Shown in pieces: positions 1-10,187 of a stretch of 64,000 bases of DNA. Each line of letters starts with the position of its first letter. The stretch's first letter is position 1. The stretch spans positions 124,001 through 188,000 of IMG/VR virus record IMGVR_UViG_3300030385_002649; one strand, given 5' to 3'. The translations under genes and the position numbers were made by a program. Under the pieces are notes generated by a model. The model ran no database searches. It was not told the DNA's origin and saw only the letters and a program-made list of their open reading frames with translations.

Positions 1-3000
1 TTGCTCATGCCCTTCGCGAGATACCAATTACTACCAATTCCGATGTACAGTTCTTGATTCAAGTTCGGCCCGGCTTGGACGTGGTCTCCTAGAGCGATGC
101 TAACATTGTTTGAAGTTGGGAGACCTTCTTCCATGGTGATGACCGTATTAGCAGCCAGACCGTTAGCGTCACCAAATGAGGTGTTGCGAATCAAGCTGTT
201 GGACGCCAAGAATGAAATGATGGTTCCTGCTGGGCCGTCTACAATATAGACAACGCCGTGATCATCTACTGCCATGCAATCGCCTGAAACCGAACCACTA
301 ACTGTGTTTAATACTCGGTTGTCATTGTTCACCAAGTCATTAAAACCGCTGCTCACATTCAGGTGAGTGACACGTTGGTTGCCTGCTTCATTGAACAAGA
401 AATGATTATTGCCGTTGAAATTGATTCCACGTTTTAGTACGGTGTCGAATCCCTCGTAATCGCCATAATAAGAGCCTAGGCTGCTATAAAGAAGACCAGT
501 GTTTAAGCTATCAGTGCCAACTTTGGTACCAACCACTCTCTTGATTCTACCTAGTACAAAGTTCTCACCTTGCGCTAAGCCAGTCTGAGGCAGATTGAAA
601 TCATCAATTATTACTTCTATGGACGACCCTGGAATTCCGATTGTTGCGGTGATCACGCCAATGGCTACCGTGCCAATAGGAGCGTTTTGATACTCTATTT
701 CGATGTCGGTCATCACTCGGCCGCTAGCGGCTTTTTCAACAGGAGTCCCAAGAAGACCCTGGACGTAAGTTAGCCTAGCAATGCCTTCTAGTCGGATCGC
801 TCTTCTGAGTTGATTCGCCGTTAAAGAACTCTTGATAGCCGATTCTTCAATAGTCTTTTGTGCTATGACGGTCTCGGTGAAGATGTCAGGAGGTGAAAGA
901 ACCTGCACTGGCATACCGAGAGACAAAGAACTTAAAACCCCAACGCTCTCCGGGCCCACTGTATGAAACGCCGAGTAGTATTTGTTTCCAGAAATATCAG
1001 TAAGAATATATCGAAGGCTAACAGAGCTTGATGATTGAATGCTGATACTAATATCTAGAATACATGGGTCTTGAGGCGATCCTGGTGTACCTCTTGGAAG
1101 CATCGAAGCTTCTTCTGAAACAATCGGAACGCCTGGGATGACGATTAAACCGCCCTTTACGGTGGTCGGAACGTCTTCTGGATCGTCACCGTCGTCCTCT
1201 GGAACGTCTTTTGGATCGTCTCCATCAGGAACGTCTCTAGGATCATCTCCGTCAGGAGGTGTAAGACCCTCTGGAATAGGAGCAGGAATGATCGTTTCTT
1301 CTGGAGTGGACCCAGGAACCGCTGCAGGAACTTCAATGTTGATCGGTCGGGTTACAGTATAGTTCTGGCCAGCTACGTTGTTTTCTGATTCAATAGCGAA
1401 TTCGTTTCCGCCACCATAACGAGATTCATCTTCTGAACTAGAACCAACCGTAACGTCATAAAGCGCTACCGATACCACATCGCGCACTTGAGAGGTCTGA
1501 GGGCCAAGTCCTTCAGTTCCACCTTGCGCCAGGAGGATTTCACCCTGATCAGGGTCGGCTACCAGCCAACTTCTCATAGTATCTAGGTTAAGCGGATCGA
1601 AGACAATAGACCAGTTAAGTCCATCTAGTTCTCCAATAGCGAACCCGGAAGAGCTAGCAATGTTTACGCCGCCTTCAAAGGCGGTCTCACTAGACTGAAG
1701 AATGGTGCTTCCAGGGCTTTGAGCTGCTATAGATGTCGAAAGGGCGTTATCGTTAACTTCTAAGGCCACTTGCATATTGGCAGTGAAGTCAGCTTCGTCG
1801 TTCCCAGTACCAGGAACTGCGCCGCCAACAAAGAAGAAACTAAGACCATCAGTTCCCAAGTGGAAGAAGTTTTGAGCAGTGGTTTCTACTAGGGTTAGGC
1901 CAGACGGGTTAACGTTTCCGTCTCCATCAACGGCCAAATAATCCGCAGCGGTTCCTCCGCTCACGAATGGGACAACTCTAGCTACGAAACTATCTGTTGA
2001 AATTTCGTTTCGATATGCGTAGACAAATCCGGAAGAAGGAGGTGTAGAAGAGGATGTCAAGGCAGAAACGTTAGTGATTGTTATTGTCGCGCCACCCTCA
2101 TTGTTCTCAACAAAACCATCAGGATCTAACAGCCAAGCGCTAACATCGCCTCCAGCATGTTCGAAAGAAATCGTGATACCCTGATAAGCGTTTCTTGCGG
2201 CTGAGATGCTTGCGAACGTTCCTAGATCAGGAAAAGCTGCAGCACTAGACGTAATATTCTGCTTGAAGTTGATTTCGCCCTCTATACCAATAGATGTTAG
2301 AGCTTGATATAAAATCCCCGAACGACCCGAGTATTGGCTTCCGGCAGCGCTATGATTAAAGTCTGCACAACAATCAGTGATTTCAGCGACATAGGACCCA
2401 GCTGGGAGATAAGCTGTCAATGATTGGACGTCATTTCCCGAGCGTGGGTCTAGAATGTGAATCTTGCCTTCTAGCCTAAAGATAACTCCGTCATCCGTGA
2501 TTGTAACAGCGGTTGGTTGCGCTTGTTCAACTGGGCACTTCTTAAAAGCGTCCATGTTGATTTTGTTCTTGCTATCATTACTGCTGCTGATCTGCAGTTT
2601 AAAGTCAGCAGCGGCTGCGGCAATTCGTTGCGTTTCGATATACTGTTTAGTTCTCTCGTTGCGCTGTCTGGACTTGCAGTTTTCAAGAGCGCAACATAGA
2701 GCGCCTTTTTGTTGATTGAATAGTTCAATCATGCCCCCAACCCAGACGTCAACTAGTGCTTCTTTATCAGACTTTAATCTCTGAATACGTCTCTTGAATT
2801 GCAGGACGAGATCGTCCATTATAGATTCAATATTAAGGTGGTGAATTGAACTTGAACATATACGGCAAATTAAGGAGCAGTCCCCTGAACTGTTCTGAAC
2901 GACCTGGTTCTTTACCAATTTTCCGCCCACAATCGTGTTGAGAGCTAGGATTAGTTGGCTTTCAAAATCTTTAGGAACCACAAGCGACGGGCAAGCGTCA

Positions 3001-3701
3001 GGGTTTCCAATATTAGCTCTGGTAGCAACCAACTTGTATTCATTCTCATCGGTTACTTCAGCGACTAAGTCTACGATTGCTCGGTTAGAGTTAGAATCGA
3101 CGCTTTCTAGAGGAATAACTTCTGATGCGATCGATCCGTCGAATGGAGAGTTAGCGCCAGTTACTCCGGTTGATCCAACAGGGCCTGTGTCTACTCTGTC
3201 TTCTCCAGGGTCGCCTTTTTCTCCTGTTGGGCCTTGGTCTCCTTGAAGCTGAACTTTTCTAAGGATGCCTCTAGCGGTTATCTCTTGCAACAATTGGTTG
3301 ATATTAACTCTGAAATCGAACCCAGCAGTGTTACGGTGCAAGGACCATTCTTGAGGACCCCCAACAACTTGTCCGTTCACGGTGTTAATGACATCTGGAG
3401 TTGCTGTGACTTTTAGAGAATCGTCTGTAGAGTAGAGCGCAACCTTACCAGACGAGAACTTAGACCCGCAGTCTTCTCCTTGCAATGAAGTCTGGGGCGG
3501 AGGGATTAGAAGATCATTGAGTTTAATTAAGTCTTCTTTTGGCATCAGACCATCAGCTAATGCTGTGGCCGGGGAAAGGGAATCGAACCCGTCTAGGCGT
3601 CCCCAACAGTTCTGACTGGCGTCATAAATGTAATATAAGCCCGGAATGATTTCGAATATCATTCCGTCTTCTGGATTAGATGGGAATCCAATTTGCGTCA
3701 T
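1..3701 (-). CDS. Large fibre/virion structural protein with short collagen segment (>1230 aa, runs off window start)
   Basis: Not in ORF track because it is open at the edge. ATG at 3701 overlaps the TGA of the upstream gene (ATGA). Reads MTQIGFPSNPEDGMIFEIIPGLYYIYDASQNCW..., GDQGPTGEKGDPGED collagen triplets and PDGDDP repeats; the frame read by eye stays open to position 1. Confidence 0.75.
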   Translation of the reverse strand, partial: MTQIGFPSNPEDGMIFEIIPGLYYIYDASQNCWGRLDGFDSLSPATALADGLMPKEDLIKLNDLLIPPPQTSLQGEDCGSKFSSGKVALYSTDDSLKVTATPDVINTVNGQVVGGPQEWSLHRNTAGFDFRVNINQLLQEITARGILRKVQLQGDQGPTGEKGDPGEDRVDTGPVGSTGVTGANSPFDGSIASEVIPLESVDSNSNRAIVDLVAEVTDENEYKLVATRANIGNPDACPSLVVPKDFESQLILALNTIVGGKLVKNQVVQNSSGDCSLICRICSSSIHHLNIESIMDDLVLQFKRRIQRLKSDKEALVDVWVGGMIELFNQQKGALCCALENCKSRQRNERTKQYIETQRIAAAAADFKLQISSSNDSKNKINMDAFKKCPVEQAQPTAVTITDDGVIFRLEGKIHILDPRSGNDVQSLTAYLPAGSYVAEITDCCADFNHSAAGSQYSGRSGILYQALTSIGIEGEINFKQNITSSAAAFPDLGTFASISAARNAYQGITISFEHAGGDVSAWLLDPDGFVENNEGGATITITNVSALTSSSTPPSSGFVYAYRNEISTDSFVARVVPFVSGGTAADYLAVDGDGNVNPSGLTLVETTAQNFFHLGTDGLSFFFVGGAVPGTGNDEADFTANMQVALEVNDNALSTSIAAQSPGSTILQSSETAFEGGVNIASSSGFAIGELDGLNWSIVFDPLNLDTMRSWLVADPDQGEILLAQGGTEGLGPQTSQVRDVVSVALYDVTVGSSSEDESRYGGGNEFAIESENNVAGQNYTVTRPINIEVPAAVPGSTPEETIIPAPIPEGLTPPDGDDPRDVPDGDDPKDVPEDDGDDPEDVPTTVKGGLIVIPGVPIVSEEASMLPRGTPGSPQDPCILDISISIQSSSSVSLRYILTDISGNKYYSAFHTVGPESVGVLSSLSLGMPVQVLSPPDIFTETVIAQKTIEESAIKSSLTANQLRRAIRLEGIARLTYVQGLLGTPVEKAASGRVMTDIEIEYQNAPIGTVAIGVITATIGIPGSSIEVIIDDFNLPQTGLAQGENFVLGRIKRVVGTKVGTDSLNTGLLYSSLGSYYGDYEGFDTVLKRGINFNGNNHFLFNEAGNQRVTHLNVSSGFNDLVNNDNRVLNTVSGSVSGDCMAVDDHGVVYIVDGPAGTIISFLASNSLIRNTSFGDANGLAANTVITMEEGLPTSNNVSIALGDHVQAGPNLNQELYIGIGSNWYLAKGMS
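1170..1257 (-). repeat. Imperfect intragenic repeat encoding PDGDDPRDV-PDGDDPKDV-PEDDGDDPEDV
   Basis: Three ggaacgtc...ggatc(g/a)tc units on the + strand. Confidence 0.8.
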
Positions 3702-5635
3702 ACAGTAATATCTACCTGGAACACTCTAACTTTAATTTCTCCTTGACCCTGTATTCCAGGTAGAGGAGCTTCTAGAGCGATTTGCCCACCAGCTGCGTCC
3801 GTTATTTCTATCACTATTACTTTTTCTGAGATTGGCGCTTCTTTATGAACTAACTCTACGGATGATCTCTCGCTAGCGTTATAAACCGCACTAGGAACAG
3901 GCATAGAAAACTGGACGACCGCAGCGCCCCCATCTTTCACCCTAGCTTTAAAACCCGTGCTTAAGTCAGTGTCGCCAACTATCCAATCGGTCATGCTAGA
4001 CTTGATAGCTCCGCTCTCATATTGGATAACGTAGCCACCTGGTGGTAACGTTGCGGTCGCTAAACTAGATTGCTGGCTAGGGAACATTACAGAATGAACG
4101 TCTGTGACGCCTGACGCCAGATTGGTTACTCCCAGAACTGTGTAGACCCCAAGATCAATAGCCGTGCTTGGCCCAGTTGTTCCAAACAACACCGAAGAAT
4201 AAGGGAAAATAAAAGACTGGTTATCATAGCCAGAAGCGGCCCCTCCCGCTCCTCCCGCGCCAGAGCTAGGGTGACAATCGCCAGGAGAAATGCCTAGACA
4301 GAATTCAATAGGCAATTCCCATTCGCAGGCTGCTACTTCTTGGGCCAGATTAGCCAAAATTGTCCGCGCTGACTCATCCTTGCTCTCGATGTAAGTCTTG
4401 ATTTGCTGGTTGTATTTGTCGTTTAGTTCAGAAAGTTGATCTTCGAACGCTTCTGAGGCTCTAGTAATAAAGTCACTCAATTTAACCTTGTTAACGTTGG
4501 TTGCTTGCTCAGCTTGTTCCCTGGTAAATTGTCTCGGATATTTTAGGATATCAATATCAGCGGTTCCGATGGGGTCTCCATTTGGTGGCATTAAAATTTC
4601 GAAATCGAAGCTGGTATCGTCTTGGAAAACGATAGACCTATCAATGGGGGTCGAGATAACCTGAGTGGCCGGGGTATCATTGTCAGGAGTTCTAACCTTA
4701 GCCCTGATTATGTTGAGCTGTCCAGCTGCGGCGTCCAGCTCGGCTGCAACAATCGCAGTATCAAAAATGTCGTCAATATCTATTATTTCGATGTTTGTGA
4801 GATCACTTCCTACGGCAGGCCCGGAGAAGCCCGGGTCTCCTTGTTCTCCTGCCGGACCGTCGCCTGTGCCGTCTGGACCTTTTTCGCCCTTTTCGCCCCT
4901 CTTTCCTCGCGGCCCCTTGCATCCGGGAACAACCACACACAGGTTCTCTAGAAAATCCTGGTTGATTGTCAGATTCAAGCCTGGCGGATTATCAACATTA
5001 TCACACCTAATGATATCGAGATTGCAAGCTTCATTATTATTGTTGATTGTTACCCCATCGCCGTCGACACAAGTGATGTCCAAGCTATCGCTGATGAGCA
5101 TGATGTCGCCAAGAAGGACTCCGCTCGGATTCAGTTCGGATAGATCTGCAATTTGAAAGGAATCTTCTCTAGCCGCTTCAGTGGCGTCACCCTCTACCGA
5201 GATTGTCTCGTCAGTGTTCGAAAAGATTAAGAAAGCCTTTTTCTTTAGGACCCCTGAAGTGAAGATCAACGCTTTACCATTGAAAGTGTTTGGAGTAAGA
5301 GAACGATCTTCTACAGAAGTTGGCCTAATGCTTGTCCCAGCCTCTATCGTAATTGATCTTCTGACCTTGTCTTTGTGAACAACATTAGGATTGTTTGGAA
5401 CTAGACTTAGAAGTGGCTTTGCGATAATCCCAAAGTGCCCTCCCTTATTTGGGATGCCATCAATAAGTCTCTTGAATTCAGCCGTCAACAATCCTGGTTG
5501 AAACTCGGATGCTGCTGGGATATCAGGAACTGTCCCGCTTTTTCTCCAACAGTGAGTGGACCCATCGAAGGTCCACTTGCGCCTAAAAGAATCAACAAAT
5601 ATCTGGCCATCAAATGGTTGTGGAGGCAATGACAT
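3698..5635 (-). CDS. Collagen-containing fibre/virion structural protein, paralogue of downstream gene
   Basis: N-terminus LPPQPFDGQIF...WTFDG...W typical of phage fibre proteins; GxY run GCKGPRGKRGEKGEKGPDG...GPAGEQGDPG followed by coiled coil. Confidence 0.65.
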   Translation of the reverse strand: MSLPPQPFDGQIFVDSFRRKWTFDGSTHCWRKSGTVPDIPAASEFQPGLLTAEFKRLIDGIPNKGGHFGIIAKPLLSLVPNNPNVVHKDKVRRSITIEAGTSIRPTSVEDRSLTPNTFNGKALIFTSGVLKKKAFLIFSNTDETISVEGDATEAAREDSFQIADLSELNPSGVLLGDIMLISDSLDITCVDGDGVTINNNNEACNLDIIRCDNVDNPPGLNLTINQDFLENLCVVVPGCKGPRGKRGEKGEKGPDGTGDGPAGEQGDPGFSGPAVGSDLTNIEIIDIDDIFDTAIVAAELDAAAGQLNIIRAKVRTPDNDTPATQVISTPIDRSIVFQDDTSFDFEILMPPNGDPIGTADIDILKYPRQFTREQAEQATNVNKVKLSDFITRASEAFEDQLSELNDKYNQQIKTYIESKDESARTILANLAQEVAACEWELPIEFCLGISPGDCHPSSGAGGAGGAASGYDNQSFIFPYSSVLFGTTGPSTAIDLGVYTVLGVTNLASGVTDVHSVMFPSQQSSLATATLPPGGYVIQYESGAIKSSMTDWIVGDTDLSTGFKARVKDGGAAVVQFSMPVPSAVYNASERSSVELVHKEAPISEKVIVIEITDAAGGQIALEAPLPGIQGQGEIKVRVFQVDITV

Positions 5636-5904
5636 TATTTTACCTGGTCAATCTTATAATAATTAAACTGATATGCTGTTTTAATTCTATGGCAATTGGA
5701 ACAAAGTACATTATCATTTAAATAATTAACAATTTTTAATCTAGTCTTCTCTTTTCTTAATTTTCTATTAAGATTTTTAACTTTTAATTTATGCGTTCGA
5801 TTTTTAGCGTAATACTTTTTTTGATGTTCATTATAACAAATGCGACATTTGCCACTCTTAGACACATTATTGTTAATTACGCCACATTCGTTACAACTTT
5901 TCAT
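5635..5904 (-). pseudogene. Degenerate HNH endonuclease (Zn-finger N-terminus, catalytic core apparently deleted)
   Basis: CNEC/CRIC, basic helix, then YLNDN joined directly to VLCSNCHRIKTA; the usual CxxC...DFDH segment is absent; very AT-rich. Confidence 0.55.
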
Positions 5905-6529
5905 ATCTTTTTTCTACTGCCTCCCAATCAATGTCTCTTAATAAATTGTCGATATATTCTTGTTTATCACTTTTATAATCAATATAATATGAATGCTCGA
6001 ACATATCTAGCGCTAATATTGGGTACCACATAGGCGATTGATTGTTGTGAGAATCTACCAAACTAACATTAAGGCTGTTATCCAACAGGTCTAAACCGAC
6101 TATCGCCCACCCGCGAGATGCTATACAAGTCGCTTTTAAAATAGCGAAAAAATCTTCTTTAGATCTAAAAAATTTATTTATAATTTCTTCAAATTTTTTA
6201 GACATATCTTTTTTGCCCAAACAATCAAAATAAATTTCATGCAGCAACACTGCATTATAATTAAAATTGATGTCTAAACATGCACTTCGATATTCTCCAC
6301 CATTAGAATCAGCGTTAGCTACAGAAACAGAGTCTAGTTCTCTTTTAGCTTTCTTATAAGCATCTAGATATTCTTTGTAGTGCTTATCGTAATGTTCTGA
6401 CATCTGTTCTGGAGATAAGAAGCAATCGGGTTGCTTCGCAGCATTGTCTTCATCTTCCATGAGCATATCTAGTTGGAGTTCGATCTTATCTAGGAATTTT
6501 TTAGTGGGGTCGTAACGCATAGTGCTCAT
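5891..6529 (-). CDS. sod: Fe/Mn superoxide dismutase
   Basis: EHYDKHYKEY, NAVLLHEIYF, GWA, PILALDMFEHSYYIDY and IDWEAVEKRY motifs; all four metal ligands present. Confidence 0.93.
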   Translation of the reverse strand: MSTMRYDPTKKFLDKIELQLDMLMEDEDNAAKQPDCFLSPEQMSEHYDKHYKEYLDAYKKAKRELDSVSVANADSNGGEYRSACLDINFNYNAVLLHEIYFDCLGKKDMSKKFEEIINKFFRSKEDFFAILKATCIASRGWAIVGLDLLDNSLNVSLVDSHNNQSPMWYPILALDMFEHSYYIDYKSDKQEYIDNLLRDIDWEAVEKRYEKL

Positions 6530-6545
6530 ACCTTATATTTTCATG

Positions 6546-9158
6546 TTAAATTACAGCTAGTTTTCTAACCTTGGTGTTTTCGATGCGCCTAAGTAATGTC
6601 TTAATTACTTCATTAATCTGATTTACTGGAAGCATTTCTTTCATGCACTTGTGCTCATAAGGGCAAGGAGGTTTCTTATGAACCGCAATTTTGTTATCTT
6701 CACGATAACAAGGAGAGCATTCTAAACCAGCCCACATGTTTTCATGGTCTTCATACCCACTTCCATCTGGGCTAGTAGACCCAAATAGCACCACTGCTGG
6801 CACTTTGAGGGCATTAGCGGCATGCTGGAAAACACTGTCTAACCCAACGAATATCACCGATTGCCGCATGACTGCAAAAGACTCTCTCAAAGTCAATTTA
6901 CCCATCATATGGTGCGCACCAGGAATTTTAGTTTCCTCTTTAGCGCCCAACTGAATAAACTGATGACCTGGGAACAATTTGATCAGTTCTTTCCATTTTT
7001 CTAGAGGCCATTCCTTATATCTCGACCATCCAGTTCGAACGGCAAAAGTTATGATTGGCCTATCATACTCTAATGCTATCTGCCCATCCGTAGTGAGGTT
7101 TAACACGTTGCGCCAGTTTTTCGACAGTTTAACACCAGCACAGTCAGCAAAATAGTGCGCTAAATGCTTCTTCAGCGGCACATCAGGATATCCCTCCTGC
7201 ATTGGGTAATCGAAAGAGATCCTTTTATCAGCGTGCTTACCTGGTTCTGTGACGATTTCGTTAATATCCGGATTGCAGTCTAGAATCTGTTTCGAAGACG
7301 GGTGAGTAACATATCTTATGTGGGCCTTAGGATGCTTTTTTCGTAGTTCTCGGACCGCTGGTGTGGTACACAAGACATCACCAAGGGCTCCTTGCCTTGA
7401 AACTTCAATGACGAAGGTTTTATTGTTTAAGTGATCGATACGTTCTTGAGTAATCGCAAATCTCTTAGCAGTCTCGAAATCTCCCAAAGCCTCCCAGCAC
7501 AATGAAATCCAATGTTTTGGAACCGGGCCATACATCTCGTTACGAACGAACATGTCTGTCTTAGGCGGTTTCAAATTCATGGCGATGTTGAGGAAATTGA
7601 TCGCCTTATAATAATCCGCTAAATAATAATAGGACTCGCCTATGCAACAATATAGTTCTGCCCATCTATCGTCCATAGCCAACCCGGTATAGGCGGTCTT
7701 GATAGAGTTTTTCCAGTCGTTTTTGAGATAATAGCAGACGGACTTATAATAATGCGTTAACAATAATTCATCTTGAAAATTTCCGCCTGTAGCGATATAC
7801 CGGTTGTATGCTTGAATTGCCTCATTTGTTTTACCAGCCTCTCTATAAGCATTTCCAAGGTAGAAGATTGCTCTTTTGTTATTAGGCTCGTCTTTTGCCT
7901 CTTTTTCTAAAATCTTTAGATTGCGCTCGACCCGCCCTGGTTTATCCTGAGAAATATGGGTGACGTGAGCGTTTGGCATTACCCCCATCCTGCATTGATG
8001 AATTACTGGATATTCGTGAATCGCTCCTTTAAAATGGACACCCCAGCCATTTCTGAACATTCTAGCGTGCTGGAAACGCATGTCCCCATATTGTATCCCA
8101 ACGTGCCAGCCGTCTAAATCGGCGGGAAGGTCGAGCTTTTCTGGTCCCTCGAATCTATCGTCAGCGTCCATCCATATGACCCAATCACCTGTGGCTTTAG
8201 CTAACGATTCATTTCTGGCTTTAGCGAAGTGGAAGTCTTCAAATTCAGTAAACTCATCAAAATGATCGGAAACATAAACGTCAGCGCCTGCGGCAGTCGC
8301 TAGCTTAATAGTGTTGTCCGTTGAACCCGTATCCACGATTATGACTTCATTAGGATAGTTCTTAACAGTCGCCAAGCAATCTAGAATGTTCTTTTCTTCG
8401 TTTTTTACGATCATGCACAGGCTCACTGTTGGAGATCTCTTTTTGAAAACCCAGGAGGTCTGCCCGTAGCCCATTGCGTGTTCGTACCAGATTAAATGAA
8501 AACCAGCTTGGATGGCTGCATATTTTAGCGATTCTGTTCCGAAAATGTTCGGATGAATTTGAGCGTGCCCTTCGGTATGGTCTCGCTCTATTCCTGGAAC
8601 GTCTTTGTTGGGGGATCTTAAATAAAGAACTCCTTCCTCGGAAAGATTGTCATAGGCACGCTTAAGAGCGGTTATGGGATCCATAAAATGCTCAAAAGAG
8701 TGGATCATTGTTATAAGATCGACTCCGTCACCTTCAGCAAGATAATAGTCTTTCGAGTCATAATTTTCCCAGTCTTGAGAAAGAGTTTCAACTTCCAAGT
8801 CATTGTTAATGGCCCCGTCTTTAAAAGAACCGTCAATAGCTAAAGCGTCAACTCCGATTCTTGAAAAACAATGTGCTAAGTAAGGATATCCACAGCCAAT
8901 ATCAAATGAAGTTTTTGGCTGATATCGCTGGAAAATCCATGATGCTAAATAAGCGTTTGAATTTTTCTCTTGGTCACCCATTATAGCGCCTTCGAACCCA
9001 TTACAATCGCCCGTCAATGGGTTCATCCACACTTTGGACTCTGGTGGCTTAGGCTGATAAGTATGGTGGCATGTCAAACAATTGACATAGCTTTTATAAA
9101 CGTAGTTCTGGAAGTTTCCATCTCCACAAAGAGGGCATTTCCGCATATTCATCTCCAA
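6546..9158 (-). CDS. Multidomain class I SAM methyltransferase - GT2 glycosyltransferase - TPR - GT9 (heptosyltransferase-like) fusion
   Basis: CPLC/CLTC, DIGCG, HSFEH (MTase); SLCMIVKNEE, VDTGSTD, FAKARN, WMDADD, GAIHE (GT2); TPR helices; GALGDVLCTTPAVRELRK, KEWP, VGLDS, VVLFGST, CSPC (GT9). Confidence 0.9.
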   Translation of the reverse strand: MEMNMRKCPLCGDGNFQNYVYKSYVNCLTCHHTYQPKPPESKVWMNPLTGDCNGFEGAIMGDQEKNSNAYLASWIFQRYQPKTSFDIGCGYPYLAHCFSRIGVDALAIDGSFKDGAINNDLEVETLSQDWENYDSKDYYLAEGDGVDLITMIHSFEHFMDPITALKRAYDNLSEEGVLYLRSPNKDVPGIERDHTEGHAQIHPNIFGTESLKYAAIQAGFHLIWYEHAMGYGQTSWVFKKRSPTVSLCMIVKNEEKNILDCLATVKNYPNEVIIVDTGSTDNTIKLATAAGADVYVSDHFDEFTEFEDFHFAKARNESLAKATGDWVIWMDADDRFEGPEKLDLPADLDGWHVGIQYGDMRFQHARMFRNGWGVHFKGAIHEYPVIHQCRMGVMPNAHVTHISQDKPGRVERNLKILEKEAKDEPNNKRAIFYLGNAYREAGKTNEAIQAYNRYIATGGNFQDELLLTHYYKSVCYYLKNDWKNSIKTAYTGLAMDDRWAELYCCIGESYYYLADYYKAINFLNIAMNLKPPKTDMFVRNEMYGPVPKHWISLCWEALGDFETAKRFAITQERIDHLNNKTFVIEVSRQGALGDVLCTTPAVRELRKKHPKAHIRYVTHPSSKQILDCNPDINEIVTEPGKHADKRISFDYPMQEGYPDVPLKKHLAHYFADCAGVKLSKNWRNVLNLTTDGQIALEYDRPIITFAVRTGWSRYKEWPLEKWKELIKLFPGHQFIQLGAKEETKIPGAHHMMGKLTLRESFAVMRQSVIFVGLDSVFQHAANALKVPAVVLFGSTSPDGSGYEDHENMWAGLECSPCYREDNKIAVHKKPPCPYEHKCMKEMLPVNQINEVIKTLLRRIENTKVRKLAVI

Positions 9159-9181
9159 ACATATCCAAAAAGGATTTCACC

Positions 9182-9397
9182 ATGCTCTCTTTATTTACTA
9201 GGCACCCTAATGATTATGGAATGACTTACTGGGAACATTTTAAGTGTGCCGCATGGATCGGCTCTAAATTAGCCCTAGCCGCAGTTGCCATCTCAATACA
9301 CCTTGTATTGCCTTTCTTGTTTAAGAAAGTAGCAAGTAACACGATTAAGGAATTATATGAATTCCTTGATTCTAGAGACGCTCTAAATATTAAGTAA
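9182..9397 (+). CDS. Small membrane protein, DUF6356-like
   Basis: FTRHP...TYWEHF...IHLVLPFLF...AS pattern; hydrophobic helix; CAAACATA motif upstream. Confidence 0.65.
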   Translation: MLSLFTRHPNDYGMTYWEHFKCAAWIGSKLALAAVAISIHLVLPFLFKKVASNTIKELYEFLDSRDALNIK

Positions 9398-10187
9398 TAC
9401 TAAAGGTAAAGTACTCTGAGACACGAGATTCACCGTTCGGGAGTTCCATCGTTATCTTATACCTGTACTTTCCCTTTAGGAAAGAACTAGTGTCAAGAGG
9501 ACATTGAACAACGTACGGATTAGATCTATACGTTCCTTGTCTAAGACCTAGCTTGCATGGCGCTTTTTCAAGACCTTCTAGAATTTCACATTCCATAGTC
9601 TCAACGGTAATGAAAGGGCAAATCTGCGGGATCATTGGCCCAAAACGGTTCATGTCCCAGTCGTAAAGAGGAAGAGGCATGATACCAACTTCAAGGCTTC
9701 GGACTTCGCCTTTTCTAAATCTGCTGTCTAGTGGTTCAAATGCGAATCGTGGGGTCAACAGGCCATCATCGAGGAACCAACCGTCGCAGAATACCCAAAA
9801 CTTGTTGCATTGGCAAATCCATTGGTCTTCGTCGTCATAATCAAAGTCTGACAAAGATTCTGGAGTGTTCCCAACGAATTTCCATACATCGAAGTAGATG
9901 CCTTCTTTAAAATCGATAGGGACTTCAAACAAGACTTCAAAAACTCCAGGTCTGGCTGGGTCCACAATGGCTGGATAAGGATAACCGGTTCCGTCTGGAG
10001 TTCCGAAAAGAACTTGAGCTACTAGGTTTTCTTCTTTTACTGAACCTTTATAAATGTCCACACGGCGAAGTGCGAATGGGTCGTTGGGAACGCCATTGTT
10101 ATTAAACGTAGCATTTAGAGCCACAGTGTTCCCAGACCTTGCTGAAAGTCTTGAAAAAATTCCGTCTGCTGGTCCTGTGCCTGCCAT
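9390..10187 (-). CDS. Hypothetical protein, probably virion structural (beta-rich)
   Basis: 265-aa ORF translationally coupled to neighbours. Confidence 0.55.
   Translation of the reverse strand: MAGTGPADGIFSRLSARSGNTVALNATFNNNGVPNDPFALRRVDIYKGSVKEENLVAQVLFGTPDGTGYPYPAIVDPARPGVFEVLFEVPIDFKEGIYFDVWKFVGNTPESLSDFDYDDEDQWICQCNKFWVFCDGWFLDDGLLTPRFAFEPLDSRFRKGEVRSLEVGIMPLPLYDWDMNRFGPMIPQICPFITVETMECEILEGLEKAPCKLGLRQGTYRSNPYVVQCPLDTSSFLKGKYRYKITMELPNGESRVSEYFTFSIT

Noticed and set aside
1138-3416. Short ORFs listed in the track across 1-3.4 kb
   Set aside because: Shadows of the long minus-strand gene 3701 to <1, which the track omitted because it is open-ended
3566-3605. tRNA gene suggested by GGGTTCGATTCCC...CCA
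   Set aside because: No D or anticodon arm and it lies within a long CDS; kept only as a low-interest minihelix note
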